Of a stretch of 64,000 nucleotides of DNA, positions 53,434 through 64,000 are shown one piece after another. A program made the position numbers and the translations under genes. The notes beneath the pieces were generated by a model, which did no database searches, was not told where the DNA came from, and saw nothing but the letters and a program-made list of their open reading frames with translations. The stretch is from NCBI RefSeq assembly GCF_009914755.1, contig NC_060936.1; one strand, written 5' to 3'. This stretch comes from the human T2T-CHM13v2.0 reference genome, Homo sapiens. Within the stretch, counting starts at the first letter, position 1, and every line of letters starts with the position of its first letter.

Positions 53434-55591
53434 ATAACAAGAGATGAATGAAAACTTCATTTACAAAATAATTTTCTTCCCATAATAAATATTTATTTTG
53501 ATACATTATAAAAAATGATTTTAATAAATGCAAAATTATAAATCAAAAATTTAGGTGACAGTAGAATATCGTCAGACATCAAATAAAGAAGTGGGTGATA
53601 AGTAGGAATGTGGAGGTACTTCTAAGAACAGAAAAAATATTTTCCTATTTATGACCACCTACAAGCAAATAGAATGATATAGTAGAGGTGCCAACAAAAT
53701 GAACAGCATATATTGTATAAAACCACTTTATATTAATGGTGAATAAAAATTGGGAAATAACAAAATAAAACAGGCTGTTTCAAATACAGTAAACACACTG
53801 GTTGTACATGAGCTCTGGAAAAAAGTTCGTACTTCAGTTTTATGATAATCAGGTTGGACTTTTCTATAAGCTTTTATTTTCATTCTTCAAATATATCGCA
53901 GCCATGGGTAGCTGCCAGCTTATGAATATTTATAGAACATTTCCTAGTTTCTCATGCAAGATAAACTCTAAAGAATTTCATGGACAGAGAGCTGGATTTT
54001 GCATGAGTCCCAATTGCATATTTCTTAAAAGTGAAGAGATATTAAATTGAAATCACAACATTGCATGTGTCTAAAAGTAAATTTAGATTATATGTAATTC
54101 GAAAAAGGATTGACTGAGGGATGAAAGTATGCTTTTATATTATTCTGTCTCTACTACATACTTCAGTATTTTCTCTGTGAATCTTAAAAAAAATCATTGA
54201 TGATATTTTTACTAGTGAAAATTTGGGGGGAATGAATGGGGGGATAATTATGTGCCAGCCAAGTGTGGTTGGGGTAGAGTTGTTTTTATTTTTTCCTTCC
54301 TCCCTTAGATATGTCTAGAAAGAATCTGGGGTTCCATGAACGCAGACAAACATGATTAGAGTTTTATTATTAATTTTTTTCCATACAGCATGTTCGGAAA
54401 CTGTTTGAGGTTCTATATATGTACAAGTCCTATTTCTGTTCACAAAGTCACATTTTTAATATTTTTTCTCATTTTGAAATTAAGAGCAGTCTTTTAAATG
54501 GTTATTCTAACATCTTAAAAGCAACGACATAATTTAAAAAATTAAAACTTTCATACCTTAATATTTAGGAAACCATTTTAAATAGAATAGCTAAATATAA
54601 TTAGGTTGATTACAAATAAAAATATTATGGGAATACCTCGTCTTCGTAGTTGAAAATTTATGAAGTGAACACATAGAAGAGTAAACATTAAATAGGAGCA
54701 CGGATAGATCACCTCTTGTATCAAACAGGACAGCCAAATGAGTGGGTGGATGTGATAGTGAGAATCTCTCGGAGTTTGCCTTTGATCCTCTCTTTTGTTT
54801 TTCAGTAAAATAGGAGTTAGATCATCAGTTGAGCATTTTTCTGTTGAGAAGGAGTGATTGGAGGTTTCGAGGAGAGAAGAGATTAAATAGTTACATCTCA
54901 TATGAAAGAGTGAAAAGTGTGACGTCTGAGCATCATTAAGGATCCAGTAGAACTTTGTTGGTTGCCATTACTTTAAAGTGCAGCTAATAAAAATGAGACC
55001 ATTTAAAGCTCCTGCTTTAATAATTAAATAATTTGGCCTTCAATGAGAAAAAGAAATCAAATCTGAAGTTAGGTCCATGTCCTGACTAGGCAGCATGTGG
55101 CTTCCAATTTTACATTAGTGAGAAGGTGCTAGGTAATAATTTCTACAGTGTCAAGTCATTGAATAAATCCATTAAATACAATGAATTGAGTAAATCTACG
55201 TTTTCTACAATAGCTAGAGTTCAGCTAATCATCAAGATGTGCTTTGTTCATTTTTTGGTTATAGTTTTAGTACAGTAAATAACTTCGTTTAGCAGCTTTC
55301 ATGTATGGAAATCTTACTATTTGTAAGCTTTCCAGATTTTTCTCAAATGAATCTTTGCATCATTTTTAGAAGATAGTAGAGACATTATGATGATTTCATT
55401 GTACAGAAGACAAAAGCTAATGTTCAGAGGGAGAAAATGCAGTGAGTACAGAGCTGGGAATTCATAGCAGGTTGGTGTGAGGCTGCAAGTAGCTTCTACT
55501 ACAGAAGGGCAAGAAAATTCACCCTGACCTACGGATTGTATATCTTTCCCAATGTTTTGTTTTTAATTTTACTTTCAGTATTGTTTTCCAA

Positions 55592-58500
55592 ATTTTTATT
55601 GTGATAAAATACATGTAACATAAAATTTACTCTCAACCATTTGGAATCATACATTTCAGTGGTATTAATGACATTCTTACTGCTGTACAACTCTAAACAC
55701 TATCCATCTCCAGAACTCTTCATATTGCAGAACTGAAACTCCATAACTATTAAAAAATACTTCCTTATTTCCCCCTTCTTGCAATGCCTGGAATCCACTA
55801 TTCTGCTTTCTATATCTATAATTTTGACTACTCTAAGTACCTCATATAAGCAATTATACAGCATTTGTATCTTTGAAACTGGTTTAATTTATGCAGTATA
55901 ATGTCCTCAAGGTTCATCAATGTTGTATCATATTTTAGATTTTATTTAAGATTGAATAACATTTCATTATACATGTATACTACATTTTGCTTAGCCATTC
56001 ATTAAACAATGGACACTTGAATTTCTTGCATGTTTAGCTATTATAAATACTTCTTCTATAAACTTCAGTGTACATATATCTCTTTGGGGCCCTGTGTTCA
56101 AATCTTTTGGGTATATACCCAGAAAAGAAATGACAGAATCATATGGTAATTCAATATTTATTTGTTTGAGGAACTGCCATACTATTTTCACAGTGGCTGT
56201 ACCATTTTTATATTTCTAATAGCAGTGCACAAAAGTTCCAATTTATTCACATCCTCACCAACATTTATTTTGGTTTTTATTGACAGTGGCCATCGTAATG
56301 GGTCTAACGTGGTATCTTGCTTCAGTTTTGATTTGCATTTTTACAAGATTAGTGATATTCTGTGTATTTTAAGCACTTTTTGACCATTTGTATGTCTTCT
56401 TTAGATAAATAACTATTCAAGTATTTTTGATGTTGTTGTTAAGATTTAGGAGTTCTCTGTATTTTCTGGATATTAATTCCTTATCAGATATATAATTTGA
56501 AAATATTTTCTCCTATTATGTGAGGTGCCTTTATTCTGTTGATAGTGTCTTTTGATGGACAAAATTTTTAATTATTAATGAAGTCCAATTTGCCCATTTG
56601 TTCTTTAATTGCTTGTGCCTTTGATATCAAATCCAAAGTCATGAAGCTTTTGCCCTATATTTTCTCATAAGCGTTTTAGAGTTTTAGGTCTTACATTTAA
56701 GCTATGGATCCATTCTCTGCTAATTATTTAATGTGACATTAGGTAAGGATCCAATTTGATTATTTTGCATGTGACTGTCTCGTCTCCCCAGCACCATCTG
56801 TTGAAAATATTTTTTCCATAAACTATTCTTGACAACATTGTTGGAAATAATTTGGCCGTATGTAAGAGGGTATATTCCTGGACTTTATTACATTTAGTTA
56901 GTCTACATGTCTTTCTTTATTCCAGTACTCCACTGTTTTAAGTACTGTAGTTTTGTGAGCTTGAAATTAGGAAATGTGAGTCCTCCAGCTTTGTTTTTCT
57001 CTTCAAGAATTGGCTATTTAGGGTTTGTTAAAATTATGTAAGATGAAATTTAGGTTTTTCTATTTCTGTAAACAATGTCACTGGAATTTTGATAAGGATT
57101 ACATTAAATATTAGGGATTACTTTGGTTATTACTCTCACATATATGGCTAAATTATTTTTAGCAATGTTGCCAAGACTAATGGAACAAAGTCTTTTCAAC
57201 AAACGGTGCTGGAAAAAACAGATAGTGACATGCAAAATAATCAAGTTGGACTCTTCCCTAATACTATATTAAAAAAAAAAACTCAAAATGGATCCATAGC
57301 CTAAATTTTCATAATATTGTCTTCCAATCCAGGAGCATGGAATATCTTTCCATTTATTTATATCTTCTTTAATTTCTTTCAGAAATACTTTGTAGTTTTC
57401 ATTGCACAAATCTTTTACCTTGTTGATTAAACTAATTTCTAAGTATTTATTCTTTTTATTTTATTGAAAATAATGATTTAATTTATTTTTCATACTGTTA
57501 ATTGTTAGTGGATCAAAACATAACTGATTTTTGTGTGTTGATTTTGTATCCTGTTGCTTTGCTGAAACTAGTTAACTTTAAAACAATATTTAATATTTTC
57601 TGCATATTAGATCAAACCATCTGTAAACAGAAATAATTCACTTCTTTTCCAATTCTAACTCCATTATTTATTTTTCCTTTCTAGTTGCTCTGGCTAGGAC
57701 TTCCAGTACTATGTTGACTAGAAGTGGTGAAAGTAGACATACTTGCCTTGTTCCTGATCATAAGGGTAAAGCTTTCAGTATTTCACCACTGAGTATGATG
57801 TCCACTGGAGGTTTTCTTATACATAGTTTCTATTATGTTCAAGTATTTTTCTTCTATTCTTACTATGTTGAGTGTTTTCATCATGAAAGTGTGTTGAATT
57901 TTATAAAATTATTTTTTCTGCATTGAGATGATCATGTGACTTTGTTTCATTAATTATTTTAATGTGGTGTATAATGTTGATCATTTTTCACATGTTAAAC
58001 CATTTTTGTATTCAGGAATAAATTTCATTTAGTCATAGTGCATAACTTTTTAATATGCTGCTGAATTTGGCTAAGATTTTGTTGAAGAGTTTTGCATCAG
58101 TTTTTATAAGGAGTATTGGCTTGTAGTTTTATTTTATCATTGTTTGGCTTTGGTTTTAGGTTATTGCATGCCTTACGGAATGAGCTAGGACGTGTTCCCT
58201 CCTCTTTACTTTTTTTGGAAACGTTTCAGAAGGGTTGGTGTTATTTCTTCAAGTATTTGGAAGAATTTACTGGTGAAGATTTCACATCCAGGATTTTTGT
58301 TATGTTCTTGCGAGATTTTTGATTACTAATTCAATCTTCTTACTAGTTATACATCTATTCATATTTTCTAGTTCCCATGGTTGAATCTTGATAAGTTTGT
58401 GCTTCCAGGATTTGGTTCATTTCATCTGTGTTATCCAAATTATTGGCAGAAAATTGCTCATAGTATTGCATATATTTTTTATTTATGTAGGATCAGCAGT

Positions 58501-60066
58501 AAGTCCACATTTTAAATTTTTGAGTAATCGAATCTTCTCTTTGAGTCCATATAAAGGTTTATCTATTTTGTTTAATTTTTCAAGAAAACAACTTTTTGTT
58601 TTAATGATTTTCTGTATTATTTTTTCATCTCTATATATCTATGCTCTTTATTATTTTCTTTCTTCTAGTATATTTGGACTTTGTTTTTATTTTTCTAGTT
58701 ATTTAAATTCTAAAGTTAGGTTTTTGATTTGAAATCTTTCTTATATTTTACTGTAGGCATTTATAATTAAATTTTATCTCTTAGCACTACCTGTGTCCCA
58801 ATAGTTTTGTTTTGTTGTGTCTTCATTTTTATCTTTCTCTACATATTTTCTAATTTTCTTAGGATTTATTCTTTAATATGCTGGTTGTTTTATAGTATAT
58901 TGTTTAATTTCCACCAAATTGTGAATTTTTCTGTTTCCTTCTGTTATTGATTTCTAACTTTGTAGCATTGTGGTCACAGAAGATATCTTGTATGAAATAT
59001 ATCTTTTTTAAATTATTAAGACTTAATCTGTGGCCTAATGTATGATCTATCCTGGAATATGTCCCATGTTCCTATGTGCACTTGAGAAGAATGTATATTC
59101 TATTGTTGTTGGATACAGTGTTTTCTATGTGTCTGTTAGATTTACATGGTTTATTATTTTGTCTAAAGCTTCTATTTCCTTATTTATCTTATGTCTGGTT
59201 ATTCTATCCATTACTGAGAGTGGGTTATTGAAGTAGCTGACTATTATTATGGGAGTTTCTATTTCTTCCTTCAACTTCATCAACTTTTGCCTTATATATT
59301 TTGATGATTTCTTACTATGCACGTGTGTATATAAGTGTTAATCTTCTTGCTATATTGAAAATTTTATTAATATATAATGTCTTTTTTGTCTTGTAACTTT
59401 TTTAAAATTTATAATCTATTTTGTTTGACATTAATGCAGCTACCCCTGCTCTCTGGTGATTAATATTTCCATGGAATATTCATTTTCTCTTTGTATTTTT
59501 AACTTTCAAGCTATATGTGTCTTTGTCTCTAAGATAAATCTTTTATAGACAGTATATAGTTGGATAATTTTTAAACTAATTCTGCCAGTCTCTGTCTTTT
59601 GACTGAAGAGTTTAAATTAATTGCTGTTTAAAAGTAATGGCTGGTAAGGAGGGACTTACTTCTATCACTATGCTATTTGTTTTCTATAAGCCTTATAGCT
59701 TTTTTGTCCCTTATGTCCTGCATTACTGCCTTCTTTTGTGTTTGATTTTTTGTACTGAAACATTTAAATTTATTTCTCATTTCATTTTGTGTATATTATT
59801 TATCTATTTTCTTTGTGAGTACCATGAAGATTGCATTTAACATTTTGAAGTTATAATACTTTAATTTGAGTTTATACTAGTTTAACCTCAAAGCCTCTGA
59901 TTGTTTATAAGCTCTTTTTTCCCAGCCCTTTTAGCTGTTGATGTCACAAAATTACATCTTTATACATTGTATGCCAAAAACCTTAAACTACTTTTTTTGG
60001 TTTATTAGTCTCCTAAATATTGTGAAAATCATAATGTGAAGTTACAACCCAAAGTTACAATAATAC
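55592..60066 (-). mobile_element. L1MB3-like LINE-1, ~4.5 kb
   Basis: 3'UTR CTATCCATCTCCAGAACT..AACTGAAACT..CTCTAAGTACCTCATATAAG. ORF2 remnant (YIRQKLMKLKEEIE..IIV..FNNPLSVMDR.TR.KINKEIEAL). Confidence 0.87.
57131..57306 (+). repeat. Inverted copy of 56695-56872 inserted into the same L1MB
   Basis: Reverse complement is collinear with 56695-56872 and shares GCTATGGATCCATT, TTGATTATTTTGCATGT, CAACATTG and AAATAATTT. Confidence 0.82.
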
Positions 60067-61032
60067 TGTTACAGGACTCCTTTGGGGCCACTTCACCAAG
60101 TGGAAACCCCTGTGGACACAGTGTCCTCTGCCCAGGGACTTGCTCATGGCTACCAAGCTTGCTCTGCCTGCTTGGCCAGGCAGGCTGTGCTTGGCTCATG
60201 CCCCAGTCTGGATCCCACGCCTGCCACAGGATCTGCATCCAGCCCGTGGCTGAACTGGGTGTGCCATGAGCAGCTTCCCTGTTGGGCGTTGGTGTTTAGA
60301 TGAGGGTATGTGGCTGCACCAGAAAACTTGGACATGTCAGGAATCACGGAACCCCAAAGGGTGTTACAGCTGTTGCTAGGGTGTCCTGAGGTTGGAGCCT
60401 CAAAAATGTCACAGCTCTTTTGTTCCCCTAGGTCAGCACACAGGACTGTGTGGTGGCCAGTGGCTGGCTTTTTAACTCCCATAGTTGGTGGGCAGGAGTG
60501 TATGTACAGCTCTTTTCACATCTGCTGCTCGCAGCTCAGTGAATTGGGGAATGCCACAGCTTTCTCCTTCCTGCTGCCTGCAGCTTGACTAGTTGGTGAG
60601 AAGCCTCACAGCTCTTTTCACACCTGCCATTTGGTAGGTTCTGAGTTCTTGTCCTGCCACCAAGAGGATTGAGGTACATGGACAACAGAGAGTGAGCAAG
60701 GCAGAGAAGAATTTTATTAAGTGACAGAAAAACTCTTGACAATGAGAGAGAACCCAAAGTGGGTAGCTCTTTGCTGTGAGAGGGGGTCCGAAAGCAGTAG
60801 CCATCTGTGAGGCTGAGTCCAGGGTTTTTATGGGCTCAGAATGGGGGAGTGTGTGCTGACTGGTCCATGGGTGAGCTTGGAAAAAGCACCATTCAATTGG
60901 TTAAGAGGTGGGCTCTACTTGGAACTAGCAGCTCAGTTTTCAAACTTTAAACTGTCTTCAGCTTGAAAGTTGGGTTTAACCAGGGACCTGTCCCTGTCTG
61001 CCTATGAATTTGTCTGTCTCCTGTCATTATCA
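60067..61032 (-). mobile_element. ERV1 solo LTR, MER52 group
   Basis: Sense strand starts TGATAATGACAGGAGACAGACAAATTCATAGGCAGACAGGGAC and ends GGAGTCCTGTAACA. AATAAA-containing TTAATAAAATTCTTCTCTGCCTTGCTCAC; probable 4-bp TSD ATAC/ATAT. Confidence 0.85.
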
Positions 61033-61129
61033 ATATCAGTTTTTAGTACTAGTTTTACTACTAGTTTCTATTTTTCTTGCTTGACATCAAGTGATAGAAA
61101 CACCTGTTTATGTAGACCAAAATATATTT

Positions 61130-61580
61130 ACATTCATTTATTAACTCAAAAATACTTATTAAGTACATTATTAAGGTTAGGTACTCTATAGAGTTTTTAG
61201 AGTACATGAGTAAGCAAAATTGGGGCTACAGTATTCATCTCTATATAGCTTAGTATATGATGTAAAACAGACAGTACTTGGTATTTGATAAGTTATAAAT
61301 GAGGTGGAGGCAGTGGGAGATATTGTTCTTGTTTGAGTGGATAGATGTTTGTGCAACTGCTCAGAAAGTAATGTTGTGAGATGACCGGGTTTAGTAAGGG
61401 AATATATTGAGATTTGTTTTGTTTTGTTTAATTTTTAGTGCCTTTGAAATATCAAAATATCCAAAGAGAGTTGAGAAGCAGGCAGATGGAAAAGTCAAAA
61501 CTAGAGATAAATACTTGGTAGTCATTTATAGATAACTGAAATTAGAATTTTTGAGAATAAATAAGATTGTCACACACACA
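61130..61580 (-). mobile_element. L2 relic
   Basis: CATTCATTTATTAACTCAAAAATACTTATTAAGTAC, GAAGCAGGCAGATGGA, CTAGAGATAAATACTTGGTAGTCAT. Confidence 0.6.
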
Positions 61581-63228
61581 TAAAAAACATAGGCAAAGAC
61601 GGATTTCTAGAAATTCATAAAACCTAAACTGTAGACTTAAAAATAGCTCAAATAAATAAAAATATTTCTACTGTTTATTTACAAATTCATTGTTCCTGAA
61701 AATCTAAGAACAAAACAACCTTACAATTTCATCAAAAGATCTAGTTGATTTTAAAAATATAGCTTTTCTTTATGAGTACTTGTTTGTGAAGTAAATCTAT
61801 TAATATTACTCTCCAGATATTGGGCTGTAAGTGATACATAAAATATAAACTTTCCTACCCAACCCCAACCATGGACAAAAAAATATGGAGAATTATGAGG
61901 AAACAAGCTTAACAGATACCACATTTTTTTGCCTGATGCTTTTTTCTTATTTAAACAATAACTATATATTCAAGTAAAGATATTAATGAAAATGCTGTCC
62001 TAATTCAATAATACAAGTTAATATGGAGGCAAATAATTGTTAACCTTTTTAAATGCTGAATAATGTTTTATTGTTTTAATGTAGAGTAGGATTCTATGAT
62101 ATATCTCATTCACTATAAAATACAAAAAAGTTGCTAAGGTTGAACAAAGATTCTCACTTTTTAATTTAATTTTGTAAGTTTTTGATTAATACAGAACATA
62201 CAGAATGTTCTTTAAGCAGTATTCACCTTATAATTAATTAATTATATCTTCCTGAATAAAACTATATTGTATATTATTACTATTGTGGTTACATATGTAT
62301 ATATAAATATTTGTCATAATTTCCAAAACCAGTATTATCATAGATGGCTACATACAAATCCATACACATATATACATACACATCCATACACATATGTATA
62401 TATACACACAAATATACCTATAAAATGCCAAGTATTATACTAAATTATTCTTACCAATTCTGAAATTTAATCATCCAATATCCTATAACATTATTTGTAT
62501 TATGTGTCAGTTTTCAAATCAGTGAGCTGAGTGAAAAATAAGTAAAAGTGTATTGATTAGAAGTCTGTGTGTTATGTGCCTCATTATTTCTTGTGAATCA
62601 ATTTATAAAACTTGAAATTACAGAGGCAAAGTCAGTGCCATTTTTAATGACACATACAGCTAATTGTTACCTGTTGATAATTCTGCTAATACACATTCCC
62701 CACAATTCGTATATGAGAAAGCCCTATTTCTGAATCCTTTACTCTTGAATGTGAGAAAGTTTTTAAAGAACTTGATGTTAGTCAGCTCTAAGGAGTAACT
62801 TCATCACTGATTGAGATACTAAGAATTCTCTAAGAAACTTTAAAATAAAAGAACTCAGTGGATTCTTTTGAAAGTTCCACCAGTTTTACAACTCTAGAGT
62901 GGTACCATTCAAATGACAGGCCTGCATGTACTTGAAATCAGGAAATCCATCTTTTGTTTTAGCAGCTAAACGTGTCTTTGTCTAAATCTCTATAATTAAA
63001 ACCAAGCATAGAGTAAATATGATGGAAGATTACTATCTGATTCCTACCTCCATATGAAATTGTGTGAAGTTATGTAATTAATGTTTTCAAAGTGTGGGAA
63101 TTCTTTCTTTTCATTGGTTAGCTATATATAATTATATAATCATAATACATCATTTTGAAAAAAATATGATGTGGGAAAATTAACTGCAAGGAATATACAT
63201 TTTATATTGCTTAAAAAGTTCTGTAGTC

Positions 63229-63532
63229 AGCCAGGCACAGCAGTTCATGCCTATAATCCTAGCACTTTGGGAGGCCAAGACGGGCGGATCACCTGAGGTC
63301 AAGAGATCGAGACCAGCCTGGCCAACATGGTGAAACCTCATCTGTACTAAAAATACAAAACAAAAAATTAGCTGAGCGTGGTGGCACATGCCTGTAGTCC
63401 CAGCTACTCGGGATGGCTGAGGCAGGAGAATCGCTTGAACCCGGGAGTGGAGGTTGCAGTGAGCCAAGATCATGCCACTGCATTCCAGCCTGGGTGACAG
63501 AAGGAGACTCCATCTCAAAAAAAAAAAAAAAA
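63229..63532 (+). mobile_element. AluS (Sx/Sc mosaic diagnostics)
   Basis: Full dimer. TSD AAAAAGT(T/C)CTGTA(G/A)TC at 63213-63228 and 63528-63543, at a canonical TT/AAAA site. Confidence 0.93.
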
Positions 63533-64000
63533 GTCCTGTAATCAAATAATAATTTTATAAAAGAGTAGTAAGAAAAATTTGAAGAGATTTTGGAATTGCA
63601 CACTCAAGTGGTACATCTCTTCGGCTCCAAAGATGTAACACTGGTAGGTAATCTCAGTAGAAAATCCATAAATAACAAAAACATTTAGTTTTGTATAAAA
63701 GTGAAGCTAAAATTTACTCGTACATCATAAGGGAAACCAATCATCTATACATTGTTTATAACATCAGAAAGCTGAATCAGGTTTTATAGAAATAAAATCC
63801 GGAACAATTAGTTGAGTTTTATCTTCATTTCTTCTGACAAGCTAACAAATGAACAATTTGTAACCTTGAATTGGCTGAATGCATCATTGGATAAAACAAT
63901 TTCATTTATGTATATAAATTTTCTAAGGAATATAGTTATTTTAGTTGTGGAGTATACTTGGTATTTGTGTGTAATGGCTGCTAGTAACTTTATATTGGCA

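Overview
AT-rich, CpG-poor primate (very probably human) nuclear DNA that looks like a gene desert or the interior of a very large intron. I find no host protein-coding exon, RNA gene or CpG island. The recognisable ORFs in the track are fragments of L1 ORF1/ORF2, ERVL pol, Alu or LTR sequence; the rest look like chance ORFs. A large part of the window is interspersed repeat, often nested. It includes a near full-length, inactivated L1PA7 (minus strand) carrying an LTR22 (HERV-K HML-5) solo LTR and an intact ORF0-like antisense ORF, older L1PB/L1MA/L1MB/L1ME pieces (two with twin-priming inversions), and a half-deleted LTR16C/ERVL provirus. There are also two MER52-group LTRs, THE1/MLT/LTR33/MER21 LTRs, Tigger3a, MER5A, L2 and MIR relics, and seven Alus, one of them a young AluYa5. 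I found no convincing new biological system. The most notable observations concern genome dynamics: two ancient locally templated insertions of about 0.2 kb (one direct, one inverted) inside old L1s, the LTR22-in-L1PA7 nesting that constrains HML-5 age, the retained ORF0, and an arm-recombined monomeric Alu. Subfamily names come from my recollection of consensus sequences and should be confirmed with RepeatMasker/Dfam. Boundaries of old repeats are approximate.
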